Shown one piece after another: positions 13,485 through 26,599 of a stretch of 64,000 nucleotides of DNA; the stretch's first letter is position 1, and the number at the start of each line of letters is the position of its first letter. The position numbers and the translations under genes are program-made. The DNA lies in contig NC_082707.1 in the NCBI RefSeq assembly GCF_030144855.1, positions 77,810,001-77,874,000 on the forward strand, written 5' to 3'. The notes beneath the pieces are model-generated. The model ran no database searches and was not told the DNA's origin. It saw nothing but the letters and a program-made list of their open reading frames with translations. Origin of the DNA: Hypanus sabinus (lineage: Eukaryota).

Positions 13485-14829
13485 ATACTACTTATAAAGC
13501 CACACATACAGATTTCACACAAAAAAAAAGAAATATGTCGAGGCCATTGAAGCATAGAAACTATATTAACTGAAACAATGGTCACTACAACTGCAGGAAT
13601 TAAAATCCAGAATATGTACTGAATAGCATCAGACTCAGAGCAAGCAGATTCAATAGCTGGATCATGGTTTAACTGGTCATCTCCTCATGCTCACCATCTG
13701 CACTGTTCCTGTGACCATATTTACCATTTTGCAATTTCACAACTTCAAGTCACTTTCAGAGCTTGTTGTTGCCACTAGCTTATGAAGTGTGGGGATAGGC
13801 TTTGGTGGGCTGATCCCTAAGCTCTGCCTCTAGACTGCCGCAAAGGCTTGTTCATAAGCAGTGTATTACTAAAAACCTTTGTAAACAGTTCTTAAGTGTT
13901 TCTGCTAATCAGAAGTACTTAAAAACTTTTAAAATCTCAAAATAATATTTAAGCCAGTAATAGCTCTGTGCTTTAATAAATTAAAGTAATAAAATTAAAA
14001 TCATTCGGTAATGGAAAGAAAGCAAATCATTTAGCATTCTTCAATCCAGGTCACCAGTACAAATGCCAGCCAAGATTGTTATGAAACTGAGGGGCAGATA
14101 TTCAGCCCCTCAAATCAGCACATGCATGGTGTTACACTCCAACCTCCAATTTGTTCTCAATTTCCATATTGTGAAGTCATGAAAGTCAGGTACAAACAGT
14201 CATCAAATTGCAGCAAGCTAGAACTTTTTCCCAAGAACCACTAGCAATCATGTATCTAGCCTAATATGCTACATAAGAAACATCTAATCAAAACAGGAAA
14301 GAAAGAATTGTAAAGCAAAAATGTCTGAAGTTTCATTTGAAATGATGAGCCTTTGGGCGCGAGTCCATCACTGGAGAGACTGTTATTATGGATTCTAGCC
14401 ACTCACAGTGGATTTGAACCTCCAGACAGCCAATTAGCAAAAAAAAAGGCTACTTCCCACTGAATTTTACAAGACACATCCTTTCTTTTCTTATGCAAAA
14501 AGGTCTAGATCTAGTACTGCTCATTGTCCATCCCTAAGGATCCTTGAACTGAGCCATTTCAAAGTTCATCACAAGGCAAACTGAGAATGACACATAGACC
14601 AGTCAAGTACAGATCTCTTTCCCAGACAGAAATAGTAGAACCAGATTTTTTTTTGTTTGCTAAATAACAATCCAGTAATTTCCGGTCACTAAATCCAGTT
14701 GATAGTTTCTCCAAATTTTAGATTATTTACCAAATTTAATTTTCACAGCAGCTCGGGTAAAATTTGAACTCACATATCTGAATTGTTAGTCCATCTTCTG
14801 GGTAACTAGTCCAATAATACAGATTAACT

Positions 14830-15135
14830 TTATTTGTCATGTGTACATTGAAACATCAAAATGAATCACTTGAGTCACCGACCAGCACAGTGCAAGGTTG
14901 TGCTGGGGGAAGCCTGCAAGTATTATCATGCTTCTGGTGCCAACATAGCATACCGTCAACTTACTAACACTACTCAGTATGTCTTTGGAATCTGTGAAGA
15001 AACAAGAACACAGAGGAAACCATGTGGTCATGGGGAGAACATACAAACTCATTACAGTTGCAGGAATTGAACCCCTTTGGCCACTGATATAAAGCAGGCC
15101 AACTGCCTCACTAGTGTGTTACCCAACACTACCAT
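14830..15135 (-). mobile_element. V-SINE (HE1-like) copy
   Basis: Same family as 1895-2190: GGGTTCAATTCCTG B-box, then GAGTTTGTATGTTCTCCCCATGACCACATGGTTTCCTC on the minus strand. Confidence 0.6.
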
Positions 15136-16273
15136 TTTTGTAGTACTCTGTTCACCTGATGGAACAATCCATGTACATACTCCCAGGCTTGCATTGTTGA
15201 TGTCTGAAATTCTGTGGGAAGCACAGCAGCCATATACCTTGATTACTCTTTCCATTGTTCAAAGGTCAAATTTAATGTCAGAATGTATACAATATACATC
15301 CTGAAATGCTTAATCACAATGCATTGTGATTAAGATTGCTCTGATTTTCAACATCCTTGCCAAGTAGCTGCAGCAGATCTCTGTGATCTCTCTCAATTTT
15401 CTGCTTATCACTGCCTCAGTGGGGCTATATCAAGTATTCACAAAAAAATTATTTCATGGGTGGAACGTTTGTCACCACAGCCAGTAAGAATTGCCACCAT
15501 TTCTATCTTGTTACAAGTCCAGAAAGCAATTGAAAGTAATCACAAGCCTCTAAAGGAATCAAATGAATAGGACCTTTTTAAATCAACAAAAAAAGTCTCC
15601 AATTGTCTAATGTTCAGGCGATACTTTTCCTTCACCATCAAAGCAGACTAGACTCCCAGGTGTTTTTGGTGGCCAGTACAATCTTGGGAAAATTGTGGAT
15701 ACTCTGGACTTCATTGGTTCCTCTCACTAGCACAGAGGATGAACATAGATATCATGAGGATGATGAAACACTAGGACCATTGTTGAAAGAAGAGATTCCA
15801 CTGCTTATATCAGTTTCAGGATACCTCATAGTATGCACAAGTGGTTGCATGACCCAGCACCAGAACAAATGGAAAAAAAATCTAGTCAAAAACTCATGAG
15901 ACGCCGAGACAAAAAAAAGCAGCAGTTTTGACAACTGGCATCAGCATCATATCCCAGCTGAAATAAGTGGTCAGACATGATATGAGGCTTCCCTTGTAAG
16001 TAATTTCTAAAAAATGAAGTGCAAAATCAGAATTCCCAAAGCCAACCCAAATAGCAGTCTACAACAGGGTTTTTCAACTGGAGTTCCGTGAGAGGTTGCT
16101 AACGGCTCCGCAAAAAAGTATTGTTTTTTGAACTTAGTGTAACATGCCACGCTAGTGCTCGCAGTGGTGGTTAGTGACCGAGCAGTCCCATTAGCAATCC
16201 CGTTCGAGGTCTCTCAGCCCAGTATGGCAATGCGCAGTAGGACTATATTTATTCTCAAATTTTAATGTGAGAC

Positions 16274-16602
16274 AGGGGAGGCCGTTGATAATTGGTGGAC
16301 ACTGTATTGCACGGAGGGGGACGACAACAGGCTGTTAATTACTGAGCACTGTATTGCATGGAGGGAAAGCTGGTAGGCTGATGGTGAGCGCTTTATTGCA
16401 TAAAGGGGAGGATGATAGGCTGATCATTGGTGAGCACTGTATTGCACAGAGGGGAGGACGGAGGCCTGGTGAGTGGAGTATTTCGCACGGGGGAGGGGGA
16501 CAGTAGTCTTAATTGATGAGCACTGTATTGCATGAAGGGGAGGCCAGTAGGCTGATGGTGAGTGCTGTATTGCACGGAGGGGAGGCTAGTAGACTGATGG
16601 TG
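16274..16602 (+). repeat. Minisatellite, ~7 units of 39-47 bp, in the hAT subterminal region
   Basis: Recurrent GAGCACTGTATTGCAYGGAGGGGAGG...AGGCTGATGGT. Confidence 0.85.
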
Positions 16603-16778
16603 CCCGGAGCATTGGGAAATTTTCATTCTAAAGACAGTCTACTGTGGTGAGTTTTGAAGAACTGTGAGATGGAAGAGGCAGATTCTAGGCCTAGGCCTAA
16701 GGACAATTCTGATGTTAATGATGAAGAATTACTTCACTGCAATGAAGTAATGGAGTAAGCCTGGGTGCAAAGAGTACT

Positions 16779-17245
16779 CCTGGCTCATTAAGTGGTGCTG
16801 CAGCTGGAACCTCTCCACTTCCCTGAGCCCCCTCGAAACCCGTGGGATAGGATGGGGAGCAGTCTCCCTTGCAGATAGAGTACCGTGCCCTCCACCCCAC
16901 CTGTTGAGGAGCACCTTGTCTGGATTAAACTAGACCCAAACCCTCAACAGCTCTCAGTAAAAGTTAGGCAGTTCTCTTAGAGCAGTGCAGTTGATGCTGT
17001 CCACTGGAAGCTGAGTGTCCTCCTGCAGGCAGTGTCCCCAGTGGAGAAAGTGTGTCACTGGAGCATGCCATTTCGGAGGGTGGTCGGTATATAGGTATCT
17101 CTGCAGGGACGTGAGGCAGAGAGCCGCCAGCACATTACCAATGACTGACCTCTGCAATTGGAAAACCCAGGACTGAAGCAGAGACCCAATGCCTTCTGTT
17201 GCCCCAGAAGAATTCCACAGTTCTCTTCTGGGTCCTGGATACAAA
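16779..17245 (-). mobile_element. L1/Tx1-type LINE ORF2 internal fragment inserted in the hAT element
   Basis: Minus-strand frames give VEFFWGNRRHWVSASVL, GQSLV, SLQRYLYTDHPPKW and LRELPNFY*ELLRVW, resembling the post-RT region of Tx1 ORF2. Boundaries are approximate. Confidence 0.65.
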
Positions 17246-18727
17246 AGCAGTGGGCAAGACTAAAGTAATCAGCTGGTACCATATCTTTACAATGAAAGCT
17301 ACTTATCAATGTATTTTACATGGACTGGTGAACCAAATTGTCCTGTTCCATTGTGCCCCATCTGTGGCAAACAAGTTCCAAATGTAGCAATAGCTCCAGC
17401 AAAATTGAAAAGACACTTCACCGCAAATCACAGCCACATAAAAGTGCTGATTATTTTAAACGACTCCTAGAATCTCAAAACAGATTACAGCTTTTGAAAA
17501 TAAAGTCACAGTCAGTAAAGAGATTCAGGAAGCAAGTCACTTAGTAGCTTTAAGACCAGTTCACTCAATAATGTTTAAAAAGCTGTGTGAAAACCTGGAC
17601 AAAGAACACACCAATCACCTGCTACATATGGAAATCCGATGGCTTAGCAGCAAAAGAGTTCTCAACAGGGTGCTTGAGCTAAAAGGTCAATTGAATTGCA
17701 GGAGTACTTTCAAGAAAATAATAGGTCAGATTTTGCTAAATGCTTTGGAGATGAAGAATGGCTGTAGAAACCAGCCTCCTTAACAGACATTTTTCATCAT
17801 ATGAACCAGTTCAACAAGTCTCTGCAAGGGTCTGGAAAAAAATGTTTTAACTTCAATGATGAGATTCTTGGATTTAAAAAGAAACTGAATCTTTAGAAAA
17901 ACCATGCTGCAAAAAGAAATCTTGAAATGTTTCCACTGCTGCTTGGGCTTGAGAGTAAGGAAGGTCTCGAGTCTTATTGAAAACCACTGGAAGAACTGCA
18001 GAACAGAACTGTACAGTATTTTTCATCCCTTTCAACACAAGTGTATGACTGGGTGAGAGACCCTTTCTCTCAATCTACTGCTCAGTCTGAGAATTTGACT
18101 TTGACTTTGAGAGAAGAGAAAGAACTTTGTAAGCTGCAAGTTCTGGCTTTCTGTGAAAGAAGAGTATCCTGCCATTCATAGGAAAGCAATGAACATTTTG
18201 CAGCAGTTTTTAAACTTCTTACATGTGCAAGCAAATTTTTTTTCTTTTTTTAACAAGCATCAAGAGCAAGGACAACAATCATCTCCTTTCAGTTGAAGGT
18301 GAAATCCGTACATGCTTATCTCAAGTTTGACTCAGAACTGAGAAATTTATTACGTTTGCCTTATGAGTTTTTAGAATTTATGATAGAGAAAGGAAGCGAT
18401 TAATTTCAAAAAAGGTAAACTAAGCTTTACCTGTTTTTTTTCAAGAAAGGTTGGCTAAAAATTCATTCTCCACTCAAAAGAGCACTGACAATTATTTTTG
18501 ATTATATTTTAACAACTTTCTGATCACGCTAATGTACTGTGAGCTCTAGACTCGAGACCCTCAGACCTGAAAATAATTTCAAGGGTTCCTCCAGGGCAAA
18601 AAGGTTCAGCAAGGCTGGTAACACATTTCAAAGAGTTACCAAAAACATTAAATATCACTAATCAAGGCAGGGGAGCTCAAATTATATTTCTTCACATACT
18701 GTGTTGCAGGTCCACCTACACTCATTA

Positions 18728-19262
18728 CCAGAATCAGGTTTATTATCACTGGCATATGTTGCAAAATTTGTTGTTTTCTGTCAGCAGTATATTAATTTTA
18801 AAAACTAGGTATATATTAAAAAAATAAGTAAGTGGAACAAAAAGAGAGGGGAAATAGTGAAGTAGTGTTCATGGATTCATCTTTCATTCAGAAATCTGAT
18901 AGTGGAGAGGAAAAACCTATTCCTGAAATGTTGAGCATGAGTCTTCAGGCTACTGTACCTCCTCCTTGATGGTAGCAATGAGAAGATGGCATGTATGGGT
19001 GATACAGATTGATGCCTCCTCTTTGAGGGTGTGTTTGATGCTGGGGAGGTTGGTGCCCATAATGGAGCTGGCTGAGTTTACAACTTTCTGTAGCTTCTTC
19101 CAATCCTGTGGTGGCTGATCCATACCAGATGGTGATACAGCCAGTTAGAATGCTCTCCACATACATCTGTAGAAATCTGTAAGTGTCTTTGATGACATAC
19201 CAATTCTCCTCAACCTCCTAATGAAATATAGCCCGTCATGCTTTCTTTGTAATTACATCGAT
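18728..19262 (-). mobile_element. Rex1/Babar-like LINE 3' end
   Basis: VESILTGCITIWYG motif; tail ATCAGGTTTATTATCACTG on the + strand. Confidence 0.75.
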
Positions 19263-20693
19263 TAGATGGCCATTAATGAATATCCCATTCAAATTACTGA
19301 TGTAATACACTTAACCCTTCACACATTAGTGCAATGAGGTAAAAATAGTCACACAGCTATGATGAAAAGGATTGCAATGTAAACATTAAATATACAGGTT
19401 GATAATATGTAGTCATTATACGGTATACTATCTTGTTAAACATTAAGCTGAAACAAATTTCTATGTATTACTAATCCAGAGAGAAAACGTGAAATTGGCA
19501 GATTACTGCAAAGTGCATAACTTTTGTAGTTGTAATAAAGTCTATACTTCCTCCCGGTGGAATGTGTGGATTTTCCCTGGGTGCTCCAGCTTCCTCCCAC
19601 AAAGCAAAAACATACCAGGAAGTTTGATTGTGACTGTAACCTGCCCCCTGGTGAGGGTTAACTGGGGTTGTAGAGTGTCTGGCTCAACGAGCTAGATAGA
19701 TAAATAAATAAATAAATCTCGAGTGTGATTGTCATTTAAATCTACAGAAGACCATTAGTTGTTAGTAAATCACAATCAACATTGAGCCATAAGCAGATGC
19801 ACAAGGTAATCTGGTTATCCTTTAAAATGCTGCATTCTTCCCTAAAGTCTACTTGTACAAGAAAGGCTGAACAACATGCTTTTATTTTACATTATTCCTT
19901 CTCTCAGATCAATACCTACCAGACTACACTTTAAAGTTGATATTCAGCCAATTAAGTCTCATAATAAAAGGAAGTTAAATTGTTTTAACAAGAGTAAAAC
20001 AAACAATCTGAAGTATAAAAATTGAGTGCAACATCTATGGAGAGTGCAAAAGAATTAATATTTCAACTTAATGACCCTTCATAAGAACACTGTTCCAGGT
20101 TGCTGATTTTTCATCAGATTGACGTTTACTATGTTCTCACTGCCACAGAGGTTACATGACCAAAGTACTTTCAAACGTTTCTGATTTTATTTCAAGCTTT
20201 CTACCAATCACAATTTGTTGTTTTTGTTTCCCAGAAGCAAATCTAGAAAAGGGGAACAGTATAACAAAAATAAAACAGCTACTGAATCAGAGACCATGAT
20301 TTGAAAAATTAAAAAAATTAAAATGCTAATACTTCATTTCAGCCATGCAAGCTGTCAGCATTTGGCCAAACAGTAATTTTTTTCTGAATCTATTGTTTCA
20401 TGGGGAAAAGTTGCATAATATTAAAAGCAGTAATGAGAAGTATTGCAACTTTGATATAAAACACCGCATAGGTTACTTTCAATGATAATTATAGTTGCAT
20501 TTAATTTCTGAAAGTCACTATAACATAATGGCAAAGCTCCAACTTTTCTTTCCTCTTCAAATTGAAGATACAGAAAGAGTTACAAGCATACAAAAAATTG
20601 AGCTTTGAGGAAATTATTATTATAATTTCATATAAACCCCTACAGAATATCAAAATACAGAAATTTTAGCAAATTCCATTTGCCTAAAACATA

Positions 20694-21576
20694 CAGTCGG
20701 CCCTCCTTATCCACGAGGGATTGGTTCTGGGACCCCTCACAGATACCAAAATTCGAGGATGCTCAAGTCCCTTATTCAATCTGTCTCAATGCAGTGGTCG
20801 TTAGGACCCAGCAGAACCCCAGGTCTTATTTAACCTGTCTCAGTGCAGTGGATATTAGGACCCGGCAGCCGTAGTGTTTCTGTTCACGAAATAATCATGA
20901 TCACGATTGAAAATAAAGTGGAAATAATAAAGCAATCGGAAAGAGGTGAAATGCCATTGGTCATTGGAAAAGCGTTAGGCTAAGTCGGTCAACAATCGGA
21001 ACAATTTTAAAGTATAAAGTGAGAAAGGATCTGCCCCGATGAAAGCTACAATTATTACTAAGCAATACAGTGGTTTAATTATTGGGTTTTGGGTTTTTGA
21101 TCCTCTACATCAACCCGGCATAGTGGAGAGCGTGTTGGGGAGAGGTCTGTCCCGAGTCCTGAGAACTTCCATTCCCGAACCTGGCGCTGAAACATACATT
21201 CTTGTTTTAAAACACTTGTTTTATATGCATAGAAAGGTAAAATATATACTACACACTAAGGCAAATGTTTGACTAACTGACACTAAATAATACCGGATGT
21301 ACCTATTCTGACTTACTTAGTAAGAGAACTTTTCGATCCTGNNNNNNNNNNNNNNNNNNNNNNNNNNNNNNNNNNNNNNNNNNNNNNNNNNNNNNNNNNN
21401 NNNNNNNNNNNNNNNNNNNNNNNNNNNNNNNNNNNNNNNNNNNNNNNNNNNNNNNNNNNNNNNNNNNNNNNNNNNNNNNNNNNNNNACAAGTGCTGGAAG
21501 AGCACCTCCGGGTTTTCGTGATTCGCGGTTGGTTGAATTTGTGCATGTGGAATTTGCGGATAAGGAGGGCCGAATG
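20694..21576. mobile_element. Tigger/pogo-like (Tc1-mariner) non-autonomous element spanning the gap
   Basis: TA|CAGTCGGCCCTCCTTATCC left end and GGATAAGGAGGGCCGAATG right end are inverted repeats. A CENP-B-like HTH remnant lies near 20905-21020. Confidence 0.75.
21342..21486. other. Assembly gap (145 N)
   Basis: Run of N. Confidence 1.
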
Positions 21577-21635
21577 TCTGTTATTTTTTCCCACCCAAAT
21601 AACTGGTCATCAAGCTTCTTTCAAATAAGTAATTA

Positions 21636-22961
21636 CAAACCCCATTTCCAGAAAAGTTGGGATATTTTCCAAAATGCAGTAAAAACAAAAATCTGTGATA
21701 TGTTAATTCACATGAACCTTTATTTCACTGACAAAAGTACAAAGAAAAGATTTTCAATTGTTTTACTGACCAACTTAATTGTATGTTGTAAATATACACA
21801 AATTTAGAATTTGATGGCTGCAACACACTCAGCAGAAGTTGGGTCAGAAGCATGTTTACCATTGTGTCACATCACCTTTCCTTTTAATAACATTTTTTAA
21901 TCCTTTTGGAACTGAGGATACTAATTGTAGTAGATTTTCAATTGGAAATTTTGTCCATTCTTGCTTGATATAAGACTTCACCTGCTCAACAGTCCGTGGT
22001 CTCCGTTGTCTGATTCTCCTCTTCATGATGTGCCATACATGTTCAATAGGAGATAGATCTGGACTGGCAGCAGGCCAGTCAAGCACACGCACTCTGTGTC
22101 TACAAAGCCACACTGTTGTAGCCCGTGCAGAATGTGGTCTCATTGTCTTGCTGAAATAAGCATGGACGTCCCGGGAAGAGACGTCACCTTGATGGCAACA
22201 TATGTCTCTCTAAAATCCGAATATACGCCTCAGAGTCAATGGTACCTTCACATACATGCAACTCACCCATGCCGTGGGCACTGATGCACCCCCATACCAT
22301 CACAGATGCTGGCTTTTGCACCTTTCACTGATAACAATCAGGATGGTCGTTTTCACCTTTGGCACGGAGTACTCGACGCCCGTTTTTTCCGAAAACTAGC
22401 TGAAATGTGGACTCATCTGACCACAGCACACGGTTCCACAGTCTTTCGGTCCACCTGAGATGAGCTTGGGCCCAGAGAACTCGCCGGCGTTTCTGCATAG
22501 AGTTGATGTATGGCTTCCTCCTTGCGTAATACAGTTTGAAGTTGCATTTCTGGATGCAGCAACGGACTGTGTTAAGTGACAATGGTTTTCCGAAGTACTC
22601 CCGAGCTTGCAAAGACTGAGCCTTTGATGGACGCTACTTTTATACCCAGTCATGATACCTCACCTGCTACCAATTAGCCTGCTTAATGTGGAGTCTTCCA
22701 AACCGGTGTTACCTGAATATTCTGTGCACTTTTCAATCTTATTTTAACTCTGTCCCAACTTTTGCTGCGTGTGTTGCAGCCATCAAATTCTAAATTTGTG
22801 TATAATTACAAAATACAATTAAGTTGGTCAGTAAAACTATTGAAAATCTTTTCTTTGTACTTTTGTCAGTTAAATAAAGGTTCACGTGAATTAACATATC
22901 ACAGATTTTTGTTTTTATTGCATTTTGGAAAATATCCCAACTTTTCTGGAAATGGGGTTTG
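21636..22961 (-). mobile_element. Tc1-family (DD34E, long IR/DR-type TIRs) transposon with 5'-deleted transposase
   Basis: TA TSDs and ~212-bp TIRs starting CAAACCCCATTTCCAGAAAAGTTGGGA (about 9 mismatches by eye). Transposase motifs WSDES, FQQDN and SPDLSPIE, with 34 residues between D and E allowing for one frameshift. Confidence 0.95.
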
Positions 22962-23034
22962 TAAAAATAGCTTGTGGCTAAACGTTTAAGTTTAACATAA
23001 TACAAAGAAAATACCATTTTTACCACAAGGTGCA

Positions 23035-24068
23035 ATACAAGATTGTGTGCTTAGCCCCTATCTTACTCGCTTTATACTTCTGACTGTGAGGCTAAACAAG
23101 CTCCAATGCAATATTCAACTTTGCTGAAGACACCACTGTCGTTGGCTAAACCTAAGGTGGTCACAAATCAGCATATAGTAAGGATATTGAAAAATCTGGC
23201 AGAATGATGCCATAACAACCTCTCAGTCAATGTCAGCAAGACAAAGGAGCTGATTATTAACTTCAGTTGGAGGAGACCGGAGGTCCGTGAACCAGTCCTC
23301 ATCAGGGGATCAGAGGTGGAGAGTGTCAGCAACTTTAAATTCCTCGGTGTCATTACTTCAGAGAATCTATCCTGGGTCAGCACGTAAATGCCATTATGAA
23401 GAAAGCACAACATCTCTACTTCCTTAGAAGTTTGTAACGATTCAGCATGTCATCTAAAACTTTGACAAATTTCTATAGATGTTAGATGGAGAGCATACTG
23501 ACTAATTGCATCACGACCTGGTATGGAAAAACCAATGCCCTTGAATTTTAAAAAATCCTACAAGAAGTAATGGATATGGTCTAGTCCATCATTGGTAAAG
23601 TCCTCACCATCACTGAACACATCCACATGGAGTGCCGTCACAGGAAAGCAATATCCATTATCAAGGACCCCCACCATCCATGCTCTCTTCTTGCTGCTGC
23701 CATCAGGAAGCTGGTACAGAAACCTCGAGACCCACACCACCACGTTCAGAAACAGTTATTACCCATCAACTGACATGCTCTAGAACCAGAGCAGATAACT
23801 TCAATTGCCCCATCACTGAACTGTTCGCACAACCTATGGATTCACATTCAAGGACTCTTCATCTCATGTTTTTGATATTTATTGCTTATTTTTCCCTTTT
23901 GTATTTGCACAGTTTGTTGTCTTTTGGTCATTGGTCGTTTGTCCGTTCTGTTGGGTGTGGGCTTTCATTGATTCTATTGTGTTTCTTGGATTTACAGTGT
24001 TTGCTTGAAAGAAAATGAATCTCAGGGTTGTATTTGGTGACATGTTCTTTGATCATGTTTACTTTGTG
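23035..24068 (+). mobile_element. Rex1/Babar-like LINE 3' portion
   Basis: FAEDTTVVG, NVSKTKELI, FKFLGVI, ESILT.CITTWYG and LLPSGSWYR remnants, followed by the family 3' tail. Confidence 0.8.
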
Positions 24069-26599
24069 AAAGTTGACATCATTTCCAAATTGTTATATCA
24101 TTTCAACCAATTAAGGAAAACTAAATAATGCAGAATTCAAAAGAAACGTTTTAATGAATTTAATGGAATACATCTCACATTAAGGAAACTTCATGCAGGA
24201 AAATGGCAATTTACAAAAAACAAATGAAGTAGAAACTAAGTCCCTTTTGATGAAGGAAAAATGCATTCTGATTTTTGCAAGACAAACTAGCTAAAATGTT
24301 AATTGACTTTACAAGTGTTAAAATTTAGTAATACAGTGGATTCTGGCAAACTGGGGCAGCTACTTATTTGGGACACCTCTTATGGGGAAAAAAAAACAAG
24401 TGAACAAGTTGACTGGAGAGCATGGGTCGGCTCAATTTCCGAGGCTCCGTTCAAAGCAGTGGCAGTCGGTGGCGCTGAAGTGTGAATGGTGTGGGGATGT
24501 TGGGAAATAGCGTAAGTTCAGGTGGTGGGGAGGATCTGCAAAAGGAACTGGAAACGGAGGCTCAGGGGAGTGCAGCTAGGCGGGAGCAGGTTGGAATGAA
24601 GTTGAATCTAGATCTGGAAAATGGAAAAGGAAACATAATATTGGAGCAATTTGAAGTAATGGAGAGGAAGGGCAGGATATTTTGGGGGAAAAAAAGGAGA
24701 TTAAGATATTGTTTAAATTTGACCTGGATCAGTCTTCTTCTGTCAATCCCATTAAATTAACTAGAGTTGAAATCTGCTAAAATGGATATAGATTGTGCTT
24801 GTACTTTCAGAGGAGGTAATGTGTTAACAATCTGAAAAGTCAAGAAAGCACGAGAAGGCATTACATTTGAAGACTTTGCTTGGCAAAAAGATAGTATTCA
24901 TGTTACCTTATAAAAATAGAGTTATTAGGGGGTGATGTTATGGGTGTTCCTGTGGGATTTCAATAGAAGAGGTTAAATCTCATTTATTGTGAGGTAAGGT
25001 TAAGAAAGTAAAGAAATTACAAGTAGTTGGAAATGGGGGAGAGGGATGGATAGTTTATCTGTATTGATTTATTTTGATGATGCAAAGTGCACTGATAAAG
25101 TTAGTTTAGGGTATGTTATAGTGTACAAGCTTATTTTCCTCTGCTCAGATGTTATAAATGTCAGAGATTCGGACTATTACAACAATTTTTAGGCTTAGCA
25201 CATTTATATTTAGCAAATGACTTTGGCTACCAGTTATCGCAACTGAATATATATTGTGGATTTGACTTGAAGTGCAGCTCCAAACAATGGGTTCCTAAAA
25301 GTCATGAATCTCAGACCAGACAATGGTGATTAAAGTTCATTTGGATGTCTGTGGTGTGCGTGCAAATAGGGAGGTGTGAAGTTTCTGTGTAGTCTCAAAT
25401 ATGGTATTATCCATACTTTGTAAATATGGAGTTGTCCTTTGACGCGTAACACATAAAATACCGAGCCTCATGTTGGGCCAGAAAGACCTTTTGACTGATA
25501 GCATCTCCGTATGATCCCTAGTGTACCTTGTTCTGTCGATTAAAAAAGCTGCTTTGTATCTATCAGTACTTTTCTCCAGTGACTTCATTCATGCAACAAC
25601 AAGGGCATGTTGTGAGAGTATGTTGTGGGAAACTAAGGTTCAGTACGTGTGGCAGGGAACATAAGTGTGAAGACTGTGGAGAAGGCGTGAAGTTTAACTG
25701 TTGTCATTGTGGAGAACATACTGCAACTTATAGAGGATGTGAAATGCTTCTGAAGGCAGCTGAAGTTCAACAGGTTAAAGTACAGTTAGGTGTGTCGAGT
25801 ACAGGGGCCTTGCAGAAATTTAAACTGAACATTGATAAAAGTATTACCAGTCAGAGAATAGACAGTGAAGTAAGTAAATACATGTCGGTATCACAGTTGT
25901 CTTTCTAAAGATACATTACTAGTTGATAAAATGAAATTTGTGATGTTTATAATGAATGTGGTGAACTGAACTGCTCAGACATCTAGTCACACTAAGAAAA
26001 TTAAAATTATGAAAGCTGCTGAAGTATCTTGGTATAACTGGTGTTGGGTGGGAAGCTGTAAATGCTCTGATGTATCTGTATTATAGTATACTTGTGAAGG
26101 TAGACACAATGGGATTAATAATATTGCAATGGAATGTGAGAAACCGGATTTCTAATGGTCATGACTTTAAAAAGTTTATTTCTGATCTGTCAAAGCCTCC
26201 TGATGTTATATGTATTCAGGAAACCTGGTTGTTACAACATTTGAGTCTTTCTTCGCAGGATTATATTGTAATTAGGCATGAAAGGTTAGTTGGTAGAAGG
26301 GGTGGTGTTGCCAGTTTTATATGGAAAGGGATAGGATGTAGAGGTGTGGATGTGAATGAAGCACATGAGGCACATTTAGGAGGTGGGATTTTGGTCAAGC
26401 AAATCGGGAGAAGTTTAAGGTGCACTGAAGAGTGTGCAGAGGCAATTAGGAGGAAAATAAGGTGTTTAGGAAAGTTAAGAAGTATTAATCTCTGTGACCT
26501 TATTATGTATAAAAGGGCACAGGCTGTGGTGAGGAAAGTGGTTAACGGTGAAAAAGATTTACTGGAGGTCATTGTGTGATAGCATTGGGAGGGACATTA

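Larger units (their letters stand above)
16065..18617 (+). mobile_element. Decayed hAT Charlie/Buster-type transposon
   Basis: 5' end CAGGGTTTTTCAAC follows GTCTACAA; 3' end is AAGGTTCAGCAAGGCTG. Frameshifted transposase remnants: a BED-finger region (YNESYLS..FTWTGEPNCPVP), MFKKLCENLDKEHT..LLHMEIRWLS and TSIKSKD. Confidence 0.8.

Noticed and set aside
15360-15990. Stretch with weak coding-like composition (98-aa ORF at 15603)
   Set aside because: No recognisable motif or splice context; probably an old unclassified repeat.
16274-16602. CRISPR-like reading of the repeat array (also considered for 26807-26915)
   Set aside because: The units are degenerate tandem copies without unique spacers, there are no cas genes, and the context is a vertebrate TE.
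21313-21594. ORFs spanning the N run
   Set aside because: Artefacts of translating the gap.
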